Below, piece after piece: positions 17,562 to 28,096 of a stretch of 64,000 bases of DNA; positions within the stretch are counted from its first letter, which is position 1; every line of letters starts with the position of its first letter. A program made the position numbers and the translations under genes. The DNA comes from an uncultured Alphaproteobacteria bacterium (GTDB lineage: Bacteria; Pseudomonadota; Alphaproteobacteria; Rhizobiales; Xanthobacteraceae), in assembly GCA_963723335.1 (NCBI GenBank), contig CAVRQJ010000008.1:6915-70914 (forward strand), written 5' to 3'. Under the pieces are notes generated by a model. That model was given only the letters and a program-made list of their open reading frames with translations, was not told the DNA's origin and searched no databases.

Positions 17562-18974
17562 ATGGCGGCGACAGTTACCGCGGGAACGCTTGGCGCGACT
17601 GCACAGGCAGGAGGACGGGCGCCCGGCGCGCAGACCATTGAGGGGTTTGTCGGCCACGCTCTCGATGAAGCAAAGATATCGCCGCTCCATCGCCGCATCG
17701 TAGCACTTATCGCTGCCGGATATTTCTTCGACGTTATCGACTTCACCGTGTTCGGGTCGCTTGTTCCCTTCCTCCTGCAATCCAAGTTCGCGACCGGACC
17801 CGAAGTCGCAGCCATAGGCAGCGCTACTATATTCGGCCTGTTCATCGGCACAATTGGCCAGGGCGAGTTCTCGGACCGGTTCGGGCGGCGGTTCATCTAC
17901 CAGTTCAATCTTCTGATGTTCGGCATCTTCACCATTCTCGGCGCGCTCGCTCCGACCGTCACGATGCTGATCGTTTGCCGTTTCATCGCCGGCATCGGGC
18001 TCGGCGCCGAGCAGCCGCTTTGCTTTGTCTATGCCGGCGAATATTCGCCCAAGCGCATCCGCGGCCGCATCCTGGCGATCATTCACTTCATTGGCGGCGC
18101 CTGCGTTTGGCCGATCGGTACGGCGCTTGTCCTCTTGCTCGGCAGCACCGTCTCGATCCCGGAAAACGTCTGGCGCGGCGTCTGGCTGATCGTCGGCATC
18201 GGTGCGCTGGTTGTCTGGGTGCTGCGCTTTTCGCTGCCGGAATCGCCACGCTACCTGGCGACCCACGGCAGAGGCGACGAGGCGATCAAGGTCCTCGCTC
18301 GGCTCGGCATTGCCGGACCGACACAGCCACTGTCGACCGATGCCGCCAGCAATACCAAGAGCGATCCGTTCGCGGTCGTGTTCGGCATGTTCCCGAAGCG
18401 CGTTATCGCCGGCATGATCTGCTTCACGGCGTTCTTCGGAGTCGCCATCGGGCTTGGCGCGTGGCTGCCCAACATCATGAACGCCAAGGGCTTCTCGATC
18501 ACCAAGTCGCTGCAATACACGCTGGCCATGAACTTCGCCGTGCCGTGCGCGAGCATCTTCATGATGTACGCGCTCGATAAATTCGGCCGCAAGATCACCT
18601 CGGTCTGCACCTTCATTGCCGCCGGCTTGATGGCGATTGTGTTTGCCAATGCCGGCACGGCAACGGAGCTCATTGTGGCCGGCTTTGTCATGATCTTCTT
18701 CGTGCAGGTCGCCGGCAACTCGATGCAGATATTCGCCTCCGAGGTGTTTCCGACCAATGCGCGGACCTCGGGCTTCGGCTGGGCGGCAGGTGTCGGCCGG
18801 CTGGCGACTGCGGTCATCATGCCGACAATTCTATGGGTGCAGAACGGGTTCGGGCTGACGACGGTGTTCGTGTCGCTCGCCACCCTCCTGTTCATCGCCG
18901 CCGTATCCGTGACCCAGCTCGGGCCCGAAGCGCGGCAGAAGAGCCTCGACGAAATCGCGCCGCCGACGGGGTGA
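17562..18974 (+). CDS. MFS transporter (metabolite:H+ symporter-like)
   Basis: 470 aa, 12 predicted TM segments. Motif GEFSDRFGRR between TM2 and TM3. Confidence 0.88.
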   Translation: MAATVTAGTLGATAQAGGRAPGAQTIEGFVGHALDEAKISPLHRRIVALIAAGYFFDVIDFTVFGSLVPFLLQSKFATGPEVAAIGSATIFGLFIGTIGQGEFSDRFGRRFIYQFNLLMFGIFTILGALAPTVTMLIVCRFIAGIGLGAEQPLCFVYAGEYSPKRIRGRILAIIHFIGGACVWPIGTALVLLLGSTVSIPENVWRGVWLIVGIGALVVWVLRFSLPESPRYLATHGRGDEAIKVLARLGIAGPTQPLSTDAASNTKSDPFAVVFGMFPKRVIAGMICFTAFFGVAIGLGAWLPNIMNAKGFSITKSLQYTLAMNFAVPCASIFMMYALDKFGRKITSVCTFIAAGLMAIVFANAGTATELIVAGFVMIFFVQVAGNSMQIFASEVFPTNARTSGFGWAAGVGRLATAVIMPTILWVQNGFGLTTVFVSLATLLFIAAVSVTQLGPEARQKSLDEIAPPTG

Positions 18975-18983
18975 CGGCCAAGC

Positions 18984-19065
18984 CGTCATTGCGAGGAGCG
19001 AAAGCGACGAAGCAATCTATTTGCGGCAATGCCGCCTGGATTGCTTCGCTTCGCTCGCAATGACG
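18984..19065. repeat. REP/MITE-like element, family A
   Basis: CGTCATTGCGAGGAGCGAAAGCGACGAAGCAATC...GGATTGCTTCGCTTCGCTCGCAATGACG, between convergent genes. Confidence 0.85.
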
Positions 19066-19077
19066 AGCCAGCAAATA

Positions 19078-20412
<1,335 letters not shown>

Positions 20413-20459
20413 TTAAGACGCCGCTGGCCTAATGGCCTCACAACCTTCAGGGAACCTCG

Positions 20460-21809
20460 ATGGACCGGGTGCGGCAGGCGTTGCGGAGCGGCGACTGGCT
20501 CACGCGCGAGCGCATCACACTCGTGGCCGTTGCGCTGCTTTTCGCGTCCGCGGCCGGCTTTCTTTATCTGGTCGCGACCGCCCATGGCGGCGTCGACCGG
20601 CAGGGCCGCCCGCTCGGCACCGATTTCTCCAACGTCTACGCCGCCGGCACCCTGGTGAACGAAGGCAACGCCGCGACAGCGTTCGATCCGGCGCTGGAAT
20701 ATGCGCGCGAGCGCGAGATTTTCGGCAACGATACGCTGTTTTACGGCTGGCACTATCCGCCGTTCTTTCTGTTCGCCGCCGCAGCCCTGGCGCTGATGCC
20801 CTATGGGCTTGCGCTCACGGTCTGGCAGGCGGTGACGCTTGGACTTTATCTGCTGATGGTCCGGGGGATCGCTGCTCCCTCGCCCCGCGTGCCCGGAGAG
20901 GGCCGGGGTGACGTCACGGCCGGCTCGCTCTGGCTTCTCCTTGCGCTCGCATTCCCGTCGGTGCTGATCAATGTCGGCCACGGCCAGAATGGATTCCTGA
21001 CCGCGGCGCTGCTTGGCGGCGCGCTTATCGTGCTCGACCGCCGGCCGCTTCTGGCCGGCATCCTGCTCGGCCTTCTGGTCTACAAACCGCAATACGGCCT
21101 GCTGCTTCCGGTGGTGCTCGGCGTGAGCGGACGCTGGAGATGTTTTGCCGCGGCGGCAGCCACGGTCATCGTCCTTGCGATCGCGACCACTTTGGCCTTC
21201 GGCATGCCGGTGTGGCACGCCTTCGCCGTCTTTTCCGAGTTCACGCGTAAGGTCGTGCTCGAACAGGGCGACACGGGCTTCTTCAAGATCCAAAGCATAT
21301 TCGCCTGGGCCCGCATGTGGGGGGCGCCGATCCCGCTTGCCTACGCGATACAGGGCTTCGCGACACTGGGGATCGCGGCCACGCTCGCGTGGCTGTGGCG
21401 AAGTCCGGCGGCTTATCCGCTCAAAGCCGCTGCGCTTTGCATCGGCACGATCCTCGCCACGCCTTACAGCTTCGATTACGACATGATGGTGCTGGCGCCG
21501 GCGATCGCATTCCTCGCAGCCGACGGTCTGCGGCGCGGATTCCTGCCGTGGGAAAAGACTGCGCTCGCGGCACTGTGGCTCGTACCGCTGGTCGCCCGCA
21601 CGGTCGCCCATGCGAGCATGATTCCACTGGGCGTGCCGGCCATGCTGACAGTTTTTGTTCTGATATTGCGGCGCGCCGAGCTTGATCTTCCAATGGCTTT
21701 CTTCGGCGCGTCCTCTACAATGTCCGCAAGCCCGGGCGAAGTTTTGCGCGGCCCGGTCATTGCGCCGGATCATCGTGCCGAATCGTCTCGCCGAATCATC
21801 CTGCCATGA
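20460..21809 (+). CDS. GT87/DUF2029 family integral-membrane glycosyltransferase
   Basis: 449 aa, polytopic. GTDFSNVYAAG...YPPFF and GHGQNGFLTAALLGGAL..LDRRPLLAGILLGLLVYKPQ. Paralog at 29691-30950. Confidence 0.75.
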   Translation: MDRVRQALRSGDWLTRERITLVAVALLFASAAGFLYLVATAHGGVDRQGRPLGTDFSNVYAAGTLVNEGNAATAFDPALEYAREREIFGNDTLFYGWHYPPFFLFAAAALALMPYGLALTVWQAVTLGLYLLMVRGIAAPSPRVPGEGRGDVTAGSLWLLLALAFPSVLINVGHGQNGFLTAALLGGALIVLDRRPLLAGILLGLLVYKPQYGLLLPVVLGVSGRWRCFAAAAATVIVLAIATTLAFGMPVWHAFAVFSEFTRKVVLEQGDTGFFKIQSIFAWARMWGAPIPLAYAIQGFATLGIAATLAWLWRSPAAYPLKAAALCIGTILATPYSFDYDMMVLAPAIAFLAADGLRRGFLPWEKTALAALWLVPLVARTVAHASMIPLGVPAMLTVFVLILRRAELDLPMAFFGASSTMSASPGEVLRGPVIAPDHRAESSRRIILP

Positions 21810-21879
21810 CATCGCCGCGTTGAAGCCGTAACACCGCAACAGTCGCGGGATACTGCCGCACGGGAATCGGGAAGCGGCA

Positions 21880-22512
21880 ATGTTCACTCTGTATTCGATG
21901 CAGCGATCGGGGAACAGCTACAAGACGCGCCTTGCTTTGGCGCGGCTCGGCGTTCCCTACCGCCTGGTCGAGATCGATATTCTCAAGGGCGAGAGTCACA
22001 CGCCCGAATTTCTCGCCAAGAATCCGAATGGTCAGGTGCCGCTTCTTGAAGTGGCGCCGGGCCGCTTTCTCGCCGAATCGAATGCGATCCTCTGGTACAT
22101 CGCCGGCGGCACGCCGCTCGCGCCCGAAGATCGAATCGATCGCGCCGAAACGCTGCAATGGATGTTCTTCGAGCAGCACAGCCTCGAACCCAATCTCGGA
22201 GCGGCCTATTTCTGGCTGGCGCTCGTCAAGGGCGGCCGCGAATTGCAGCAGCACGCGCTTGAAGACTGGATGGAAGAGGGCAACCGTGCGCTCGGCGTGA
22301 TGGAAAAGCATCTCGCGCTGCACGACTTTTTCGCCGCCGACCGTTTCACCATCGCCGATATCGCGCTCTACGCCTACACACACGTTGCGCATGAATGCGA
22401 TTACGACCTCGCGCCGTTTCCAGCGATCCGCACCTGGCTCGATCGCGTCACACGTGAGCCCGGCCATGTGACGATGGAGTTTCGGCCGGCCGCCGCCGTG
22501 CCGGCACTGTGA
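21880..22512 (+). CDS. glutathione S-transferase family protein
   Basis: 210 aa. Thioredoxin-like N-domain (NPNGQVPLLE, ESNAILWYI) and a helical C-domain. Confidence 0.88.
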   Translation: MFTLYSMQRSGNSYKTRLALARLGVPYRLVEIDILKGESHTPEFLAKNPNGQVPLLEVAPGRFLAESNAILWYIAGGTPLAPEDRIDRAETLQWMFFEQHSLEPNLGAAYFWLALVKGGRELQQHALEDWMEEGNRALGVMEKHLALHDFFAADRFTIADIALYAYTHVAHECDYDLAPFPAIRTWLDRVTREPGHVTMEFRPAAAVPAL

Positions 22513-22574
22513 GCGGGCACTATGTGTGGCGGCGAAGCAACGGCGGGGCTTAATCGCACGCGACGCCGTTCGCG

Positions 22575-22590
22575 TTAACCCTTCATTAAC
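22575..22590 (+). promoter_or_regulatory. perfect CtrA-box consensus TTAACCCTTCATTAAC (TTAA-N7-TTAAC)
   Basis: Exact match seen in an intergenic region, about 120-140 nt upstream of the small ORF. Confidence 0.5.
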
Positions 22591-22707
22591 CAAAACCACG
22601 AAATCGCCTTTATTCTTCAACGACTTCGCCCAAGTCCGAACGAATACGCGCCCGCATCCGGCGCGATTCTGCCGGCACGCAAAACTGATTCGCCGACGAC
22701 GACAAGG

Positions 22708-22968
22708 ATGACAATCATGACTGTGCTGACCGGGATGGTCGGTTTCGCTTCGCCGATTGCCGAAAAGACAATTTCCAAACGGCGCTATGGCGTCGAACTG
22801 TTTGCCACGCTTGCGCTCGCTGTTTCGCTCATCATCGCCGCGACCGCCGTCTCGATCGGCGTGGCGCGTGCGCAAATTCTGAATACGCATGGCTTGAACG
22901 CGTCGGCGGCGGCTTGGGTCGCACGCGTGCAAGCGCAGTGTTACCCGGCGCGGTTGGCGCCGGGTTGA
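22708..22968 (+). CDS. small hypothetical single-TM protein (83-86 aa)
   Basis: ATG at 22708 or 22717 (AAGGA upstream). One hydrophobic helix LFATLALAVSLIIAATAVSIGVA. Strong terminator follows. No family recognised. Confidence 0.5.
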   Translation: MTIMTVLTGMVGFASPIAEKTISKRRYGVELFATLALAVSLIIAATAVSIGVARAQILNTHGLNASAAAWVARVQAQCYPARLAPG

Positions 22969-22989
22969 GTCGCGTTATGGCGGCGCGTG

Positions 22990-23028
22990 GGCCGGGCCCG
23001 GGCGTTTCCGGGCCCGGTCTTATTTTTT
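22990..23028 (+). terminator. rho-independent terminator
   Basis: GC stem CCGGGCCCGG-loop-CCGGGCCCGG followed by TCTTATTTTTT. Confidence 0.8.
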
Positions 23029-23063
23029 AGAACCGCCTGCGTCTTCAGAATAAAGACGCGGAA

Positions 23064-24047
23064 TTATTCCGCCTTGATCCCGGCGGCCTTGATGACCGGC
23101 CACCACTTCTCGGTTTCAGCCTTGTGATAGGCCGCGAGCGCCGCTGGGTTTTGCTGATCGCGCGGGAAGATGACCTGTCCCAGCCCTTCAAGGGTTTTCC
23201 GCAAACCCGGATCGGCCAGCGCAGCCATGACGGCGCCATCAAGTTTTTCGATCACCGGCTTCGGTGTGCCCTTGGGCGCCCACAGGCCGTGCCAGAACGT
23301 GATGCTCAATCCCGGTATGCCCGATTCGATCATGGTCGGCGTGTTCGGCGATTTCGACCAGCGTTGCTCGCTCAACACGGCATAGGGCTTGTACTTGCCC
23401 GCCTCCGCATTCGCGAGCGTTGCCGATGCCTCAAGACAGGCCAAATCGATCTGGCCGCCGAGCAGATCCTGCGCCGCGGGCCCGGCGCCCCGGTAGGGCA
23501 CAAATTGAAAATGCGCACCGGTCTTTTGCTGGAAATAGAGAGCGCACAGATGCGCGGCGCTGCCGGTGCCGACCGTACCGAAAGTAATCGGATTCGGGTT
23601 CGTCTTGACCCAGGAAATCAGTTCGCTCGCGTTTTGCGGCGGCAATCCATTCTTGCCAAGGATCCACAGCGGCGAGGAAGCCAGGAGGGAAATCGGCGCG
23701 AGGTCCTTGAGCACGTCGTAATCGAGCCGGTAGATCGCGGGCGCGCCGACATGGCTCGACCATTGGCCGATGCCGATCGTGTAGCCGTCCGGGAGGGCAT
23801 GCACGACCCGTCCCGTTGCAATCGTGCCGGCGGCGCCGCTCACCGTTTCGATCACGACCGGCTGGCCGAGCGCTTTCGACATCGCATCGCCCACGATGCG
23901 CGCCAGCGTGTCCGTCGGGCCTCCCGGCGGAAACCCGACCATCATGGTGATCGGGCGAGATGGAAAGGTCTCGGCCGGCGCAGTGGCGGCGCTGGCACAA
24001 AGTGCAATAAGCGCGACGAGCGCGCCGGCAAAACGGGCTCGTGTCAT
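23064..24047 (-). CDS. Bug-family (TctC-like) substrate-binding protein
   Basis: Signal peptide MTRARFAGALVALIALCASA. FPSRPITMMVGFPPGGPTD motif. Confidence 0.88.
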   Translation of the reverse strand: MTRARFAGALVALIALCASAATAPAETFPSRPITMMVGFPPGGPTDTLARIVGDAMSKALGQPVVIETVSGAAGTIATGRVVHALPDGYTIGIGQWSSHVGAPAIYRLDYDVLKDLAPISLLASSPLWILGKNGLPPQNASELISWVKTNPNPITFGTVGTGSAAHLCALYFQQKTGAHFQFVPYRGAGPAAQDLLGGQIDLACLEASATLANAEAGKYKPYAVLSEQRWSKSPNTPTMIESGIPGLSITFWHGLWAPKGTPKPVIEKLDGAVMAALADPGLRKTLEGLGQVIFPRDQQNPAALAAYHKAETEKWWPVIKAAGIKAE

Positions 24048-24199
24048 GGTGCTCCCCTTGATGTTTCCCCGCCGTAACGATGGCACGGACGCTCACAGTC
24101 GAAAAGGTCAGCATGGCTGCCGTGACGATGTGCAAAGCGTCGCAGCCGAAAAAGCGCGCCGGTTGACGCCGCCGCAAGATCGCCTGTAACCATCGGCAA

Positions 24200-26047
24200 A
24201 TGTTCGCGCTTTTCGAGCGATTCTTGACGCCGACGGCGGCGCCGGAAAATCCCGAGCCGCCGCACCGGCTGCTCGCCTTCCTGTGGCACTTTGCCCGCCA
24301 GGCGAAGTGGCTGTTCGCCGCCTTGTTCGTGGTGGAGCTTCTGGTCGCGCTCTGCGACAGCGCGGTGCCGTGGTTCATCGGCCGCGTCGTCACCATGGTC
24401 ACCAAGATTCCTCCCGACCGCTTTCTCGCCGCCAGCTGGCCCTGGCTCGCTGGCATGGCGGTCGTTGTCCTTTTTGTGCGGCCCGGGGTGACTTTCACGC
24501 GCTATCTCATCACCAATCAGGCCATCGCCGCGCCGTTCACCGGACTGATCCGCTGGCAGTCGCATTGGCACGTGGTGCGGCAGAGCTGGGCGTTCTTCCA
24601 AAACGATTTCGCCGGCCGCATTTCCAATCGGGTGATGCAGACCGGGCCGTCGGTGCGCTCGACCCTGACCGCAACGATCACCACGGTCTGGTACGTGTTC
24701 GTCTATGGCGCGTCCGCCATTGCGCTCACCGCCGCGGCCGATCGTTGGCTTGCGGTGCCGATCCTGCTCTGGTTTTGCGGGTACATCTTGCTGCTCGCCT
24801 ATTTCGTGCCGCGCATGCGCGAACGCTCCAAGGTCTCGTCCGAAGCGCGATCGGAACTGACCGGACGCATCGTCGACAGCTACACCAATATCCTGACGGT
24901 GAAGCTCTTCGCGCGCGCCACCGAGGAAGACCAATACGTGCGGAGAGCCGTCGACCGCCATGTCGGCCTGTTCTCCGCCGCGCAGCGCCTGCTCACCGCC
25001 TTCGGCACCATCCTCGACGTGCTCAATGCGCTGCTGATTGCCGGATCGGGCGCACTGGCGCTGGTGCTGTGGCGCTACGGAGCGGTCGAAGTCGGCGCCA
25101 TCGCCATGGTGCTGCCGCTGACCTTTCAACTCACCAACATGTCGCGGCAGATCGCGATGCGCATCACGGAAATCTTCGAGGATATCGGCGTGGTCCAGGA
25201 GGGCATGCTGAGCATCGCGCGGCCGCTGCAATTGCCCGACCCGGCGGGTGCCCGGCCGCTGACGGTGCGCGCCGGCCGCATCGATTTCAAGGATGTCAGC
25301 TTCGGTTACGGCCGCGAGATCGGCGTGCTGCAGGATTTCAATCTGACCATCCATCCCGGCGAGAAGATCGGTCTGGTCGGCTGCTCCGGCGCCGGCAAGT
25401 CCACTGTGGTCAATCTGCTGCTGCGCTTTTTCGATCTCGAAAGCGGTTCGATCTCGATCGACGGACAAGACATTGCCGACCTGACCCAGGAATCGCTGCG
25501 CACCCAAATCTCCGTGGTGACTCAGGACACCTCACTGCTGCACCGCTCGATCCGCGCCAATATCCGCTATGGCCGGCCCACGGCGAGCGACGAGGAGATC
25601 GAGCGCGCGGCAAGATACGCTCATGCCCACGAATTCATTCTTGATCTCGAAGACTGGCATGGCCGGCGCGGCTACGACGCCCATGTCGGCGAGCGCGGTG
25701 TTAAACTTTCGGGCGGCCAGCGCCAGCGCGTCGCGATCGCGCGCGTGATCCTCAAGAACGCACCGATCCTGGTGTTCGATGAGGCGACATCGGCGCTCGA
25801 TAGCGAAGTCGAAGCCGCGATCCAGTCCAGCCTCGGCACGCTGATGGACGGCAAGAGCGTAATTGCCATCGCACACCGGCTTTCCACCATCGCGCAGATG
25901 GATCGTCTGGTGGTATTGGAGCACGGTCGCGTCGTCGAGCAAGGCAGCCACCGCGAGCTTCTCGCCCATGGCGGCCATTACGCGGCCCTGTGGCGCCGCC
26001 AGGCCGGCGGCTTTATCGATGCCGCCGGTATGCAGGCCGCGGAATAG
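24200..26047 (+). CDS. ABC exporter, fused permease/ATPase (MsbA-like type I exporter)
   Basis: 615 aa. Six TM segments, then Walker A GCSGAGKST, signature LSGGQRQR and Walker B ILVFDEATSALD. Confidence 0.9.
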   Translation: MFALFERFLTPTAAPENPEPPHRLLAFLWHFARQAKWLFAALFVVELLVALCDSAVPWFIGRVVTMVTKIPPDRFLAASWPWLAGMAVVVLFVRPGVTFTRYLITNQAIAAPFTGLIRWQSHWHVVRQSWAFFQNDFAGRISNRVMQTGPSVRSTLTATITTVWYVFVYGASAIALTAAADRWLAVPILLWFCGYILLLAYFVPRMRERSKVSSEARSELTGRIVDSYTNILTVKLFARATEEDQYVRRAVDRHVGLFSAAQRLLTAFGTILDVLNALLIAGSGALALVLWRYGAVEVGAIAMVLPLTFQLTNMSRQIAMRITEIFEDIGVVQEGMLSIARPLQLPDPAGARPLTVRAGRIDFKDVSFGYGREIGVLQDFNLTIHPGEKIGLVGCSGAGKSTVVNLLLRFFDLESGSISIDGQDIADLTQESLRTQISVVTQDTSLLHRSIRANIRYGRPTASDEEIERAARYAHAHEFILDLEDWHGRRGYDAHVGERGVKLSGGQRQRVAIARVILKNAPILVFDEATSALDSEVEAAIQSSLGTLMDGKSVIAIAHRLSTIAQMDRLVVLEHGRVVEQGSHRELLAHGGHYAALWRRQAGGFIDAAGMQAAE

Positions 26048-26158
26048 CCGCCAGGCCGGCCACATCTAAATCACACGAATATTTTGTTGTTGGCCGGGGA
26101 ACGAAACGCCAAATCCGTCATTTGACGTAGGGGGCTAACAGCCGGGGCAATTCCACCC

Positions 26159-26539
26159 ATGGCGGTCGTGCTGATCGTCGAGGACGAAGAGCAAGTTCGT
26201 GTTCTTGCCGAGTCCTTTCTTCAATCCGAAGGACACGAGACGGTCTCGGCCGCCACGGCGGATGAAGCCATGGCCGCGCTCGACGTCACCGAACATGTCG
26301 ATCTGCTTTTCACCGATCTCGCGTTGCACGGCGAGATTCACGCCGGCCTCGATCTGGCGAAGCGGGCCGTCGAACGGCATCCCGATCTGAAAGTGCTCTA
26401 CACCACCGGCCAGGGCGCAACAGACGGGATGGTTGCCATGTTCGTCCCGGGCTCGGCGCTGCTGCCGAAGCCCTATACGCTCGATCAATTGCAGCGAAGC
26501 CTGGAAGCCCGTTTTGGCATTGCATCGGCTTCACCCTGA
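26159..26539 (+). CDS. stand-alone response regulator receiver domain
   Basis: 126 aa. VLIVEDEE, phospho-acceptor context LLFTDLAL, and KPY. Confidence 0.85.
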   Translation: MAVVLIVEDEEQVRVLAESFLQSEGHETVSAATADEAMAALDVTEHVDLLFTDLALHGEIHAGLDLAKRAVERHPDLKVLYTTGQGATDGMVAMFVPGSALLPKPYTLDQLQRSLEARFGIASASP

Positions 26540-26568
26540 ACCAAAGCGTTGCGTCGCTCCGCGCGGCA

Positions 26569-26928
26569 TCAGAATGGCCCGCGAAACACAAAGAATGCGC
26601 CGCTGGCGATAAGCGCAAAGCCGACGACCTGATTCCAGGTGATGGCTTGCTGCAGATAGACGATCGAGAACACGGCAAAGACCGAGAGCGTGATCACCTC
26701 CTGGATCGTCTTCAGCTGGGCTGCCGAGTAGACCGCGCTGCCGTAGCGGTTCGCCGGCACGGCCATGCAATATTCAAAAAAGGCCAGGCCCCAACTGATG
26801 AGAATGACCTGCCACAGCGGCACATCCTTGAAGCGCAAATGCCAATACCAGGCCGTCGTCATGAAGGCGTTGGAGCCGATCAGCAACAGAATGGGAAGCA
26901 GATAAGGCGACGTCATCACGGCAGGCAT
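26569..26928 (-). CDS. DMT-superfamily small membrane protein (DUF486)
   Basis: 119 aa, 4 TM segments. AWYWHLRF motif. Confidence 0.8.
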   Translation of the reverse strand: MPAVMTSPYLLPILLLIGSNAFMTTAWYWHLRFKDVPLWQVILISWGLAFFEYCMAVPANRYGSAVYSAAQLKTIQEVITLSVFAVFSIVYLQQAITWNQVVGFALIASGAFFVFRGPF

Positions 26929-27180
26929 GCGAGACCTTTCGCGTTAATGGCTTGAGACAATAAGCAGCGCCGGAAGAGTACCGCCGCCAGCCAACGGCTC
27001 AGTCTTTTCTGCGTTCCTTCCCCAATCTGTGTTCCACCTCAAGACAATTCGATTTTCCACGGTACATATCGGACCGGACGGACTTGGCGATATGCTGGAT
27101 GCGGCGGACCGCCGCACCGCCGTCGCAATTTGCCTTTATCGCTGCCGGCATTGCGCCGATGCCGCTGGGGAGATCATTCG

Positions 27181-27984
27181 ATGCGCCGCCCGATTGCCGC
27201 CGCCACTTTGACGCTTGCCGCTCTGTTATTGTTGCCCATCCATCATTCCAGCTTCGCGCAGCAGGGCCAGTTGCCGCTGCCGCCCGGCGGGTTCAAGCCG
27301 CCGCCGCTGCCGCCAATCAAACCCTATCAGCCGGTCGCAGTGACGGCGCCGGCAGCAATGACCGAGCCGAGCTTCGTGGCCTTTCGCAAGCAACTTGCCG
27401 ACATTGCAACGCACAAGGACCGCGCCGGGCTTGCCAAACTGATCGTCGCGCAAAACTTCTTCTGGATTCAGGACAAGGATCTTGCCGACAAGCATAAATC
27501 CGGCGTCGACAACCTCGCCAAGGCGATCGGCCTCGACGCCAAGGACGATTCCGGCTGGCAGATTCTGGGCGGATTGGCCGGCGAACCGTCGGCTGCGGAA
27601 TTGCCACAGCAGCAGGGTGTGTTCTGCGCGCCAGCCGACCCGAATATCGATCCGGCTGCGTTTGAAACGCTCGGCAAAGCCACGCAGACCGACCCCGGCG
27701 ATTGGGGCTATCCGAACGGCAACGGCGTCGAAGTGCACGCCACGGCGCAGCTCAATTCGCCGGTTATCGAGAAGCTCGGCATGATTCTCGTGCACGTGCT
27801 GCCGGACAGCCCGCCGCCGGCCGGCCCAAACGATCCGATGGTCCTGCATGTCGCGACGCCATCCGGAAAAACCGGATTTGTCGACGCGCAGACATTGGCG
27901 GCGCTTGGCGGCGACCAGATTTGCTACACCAAGGAGGCAGGCGCCTGGAAAATCGCCGGCTATCTCGGCGGCGCCTCGCCATAA
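27181..27984 (+). CDS. hypothetical secreted protein
   Basis: Signal peptide MRRPIAAATLTLAALLLLP..SFA. SD GGGGAGA. No family recognised. Confidence 0.65.
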   Translation: MRRPIAAATLTLAALLLLPIHHSSFAQQGQLPLPPGGFKPPPLPPIKPYQPVAVTAPAAMTEPSFVAFRKQLADIATHKDRAGLAKLIVAQNFFWIQDKDLADKHKSGVDNLAKAIGLDAKDDSGWQILGGLAGEPSAAELPQQQGVFCAPADPNIDPAAFETLGKATQTDPGDWGYPNGNGVEVHATAQLNSPVIEKLGMILVHVLPDSPPPAGPNDPMVLHVATPSGKTGFVDAQTLAALGGDQICYTKEAGAWKIAGYLGGASP

Positions 27985-28096
27985 TGTACGAGTAGGTGCC
28001 GGATGGCCGGTAACATGATACTATCGCGTCAGAACGCGGCCAAGCCATGCCGGAGCAGCTATTGAACGAACGGCACGTCCGGGAGGATAATGATCC

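Noticed and set aside
22655-22680. sigma54-like GGCACG...TGAT sequence upstream of the small ORF
   Set aside because: There is no GC dinucleotide at the -12 position with correct spacing, so only the -24 half matches.
24044-25507. 487-aa minus-strand ORF
   Set aside because: Antisense shadow of the ABC exporter gene, which has unambiguous Walker and signature motifs.
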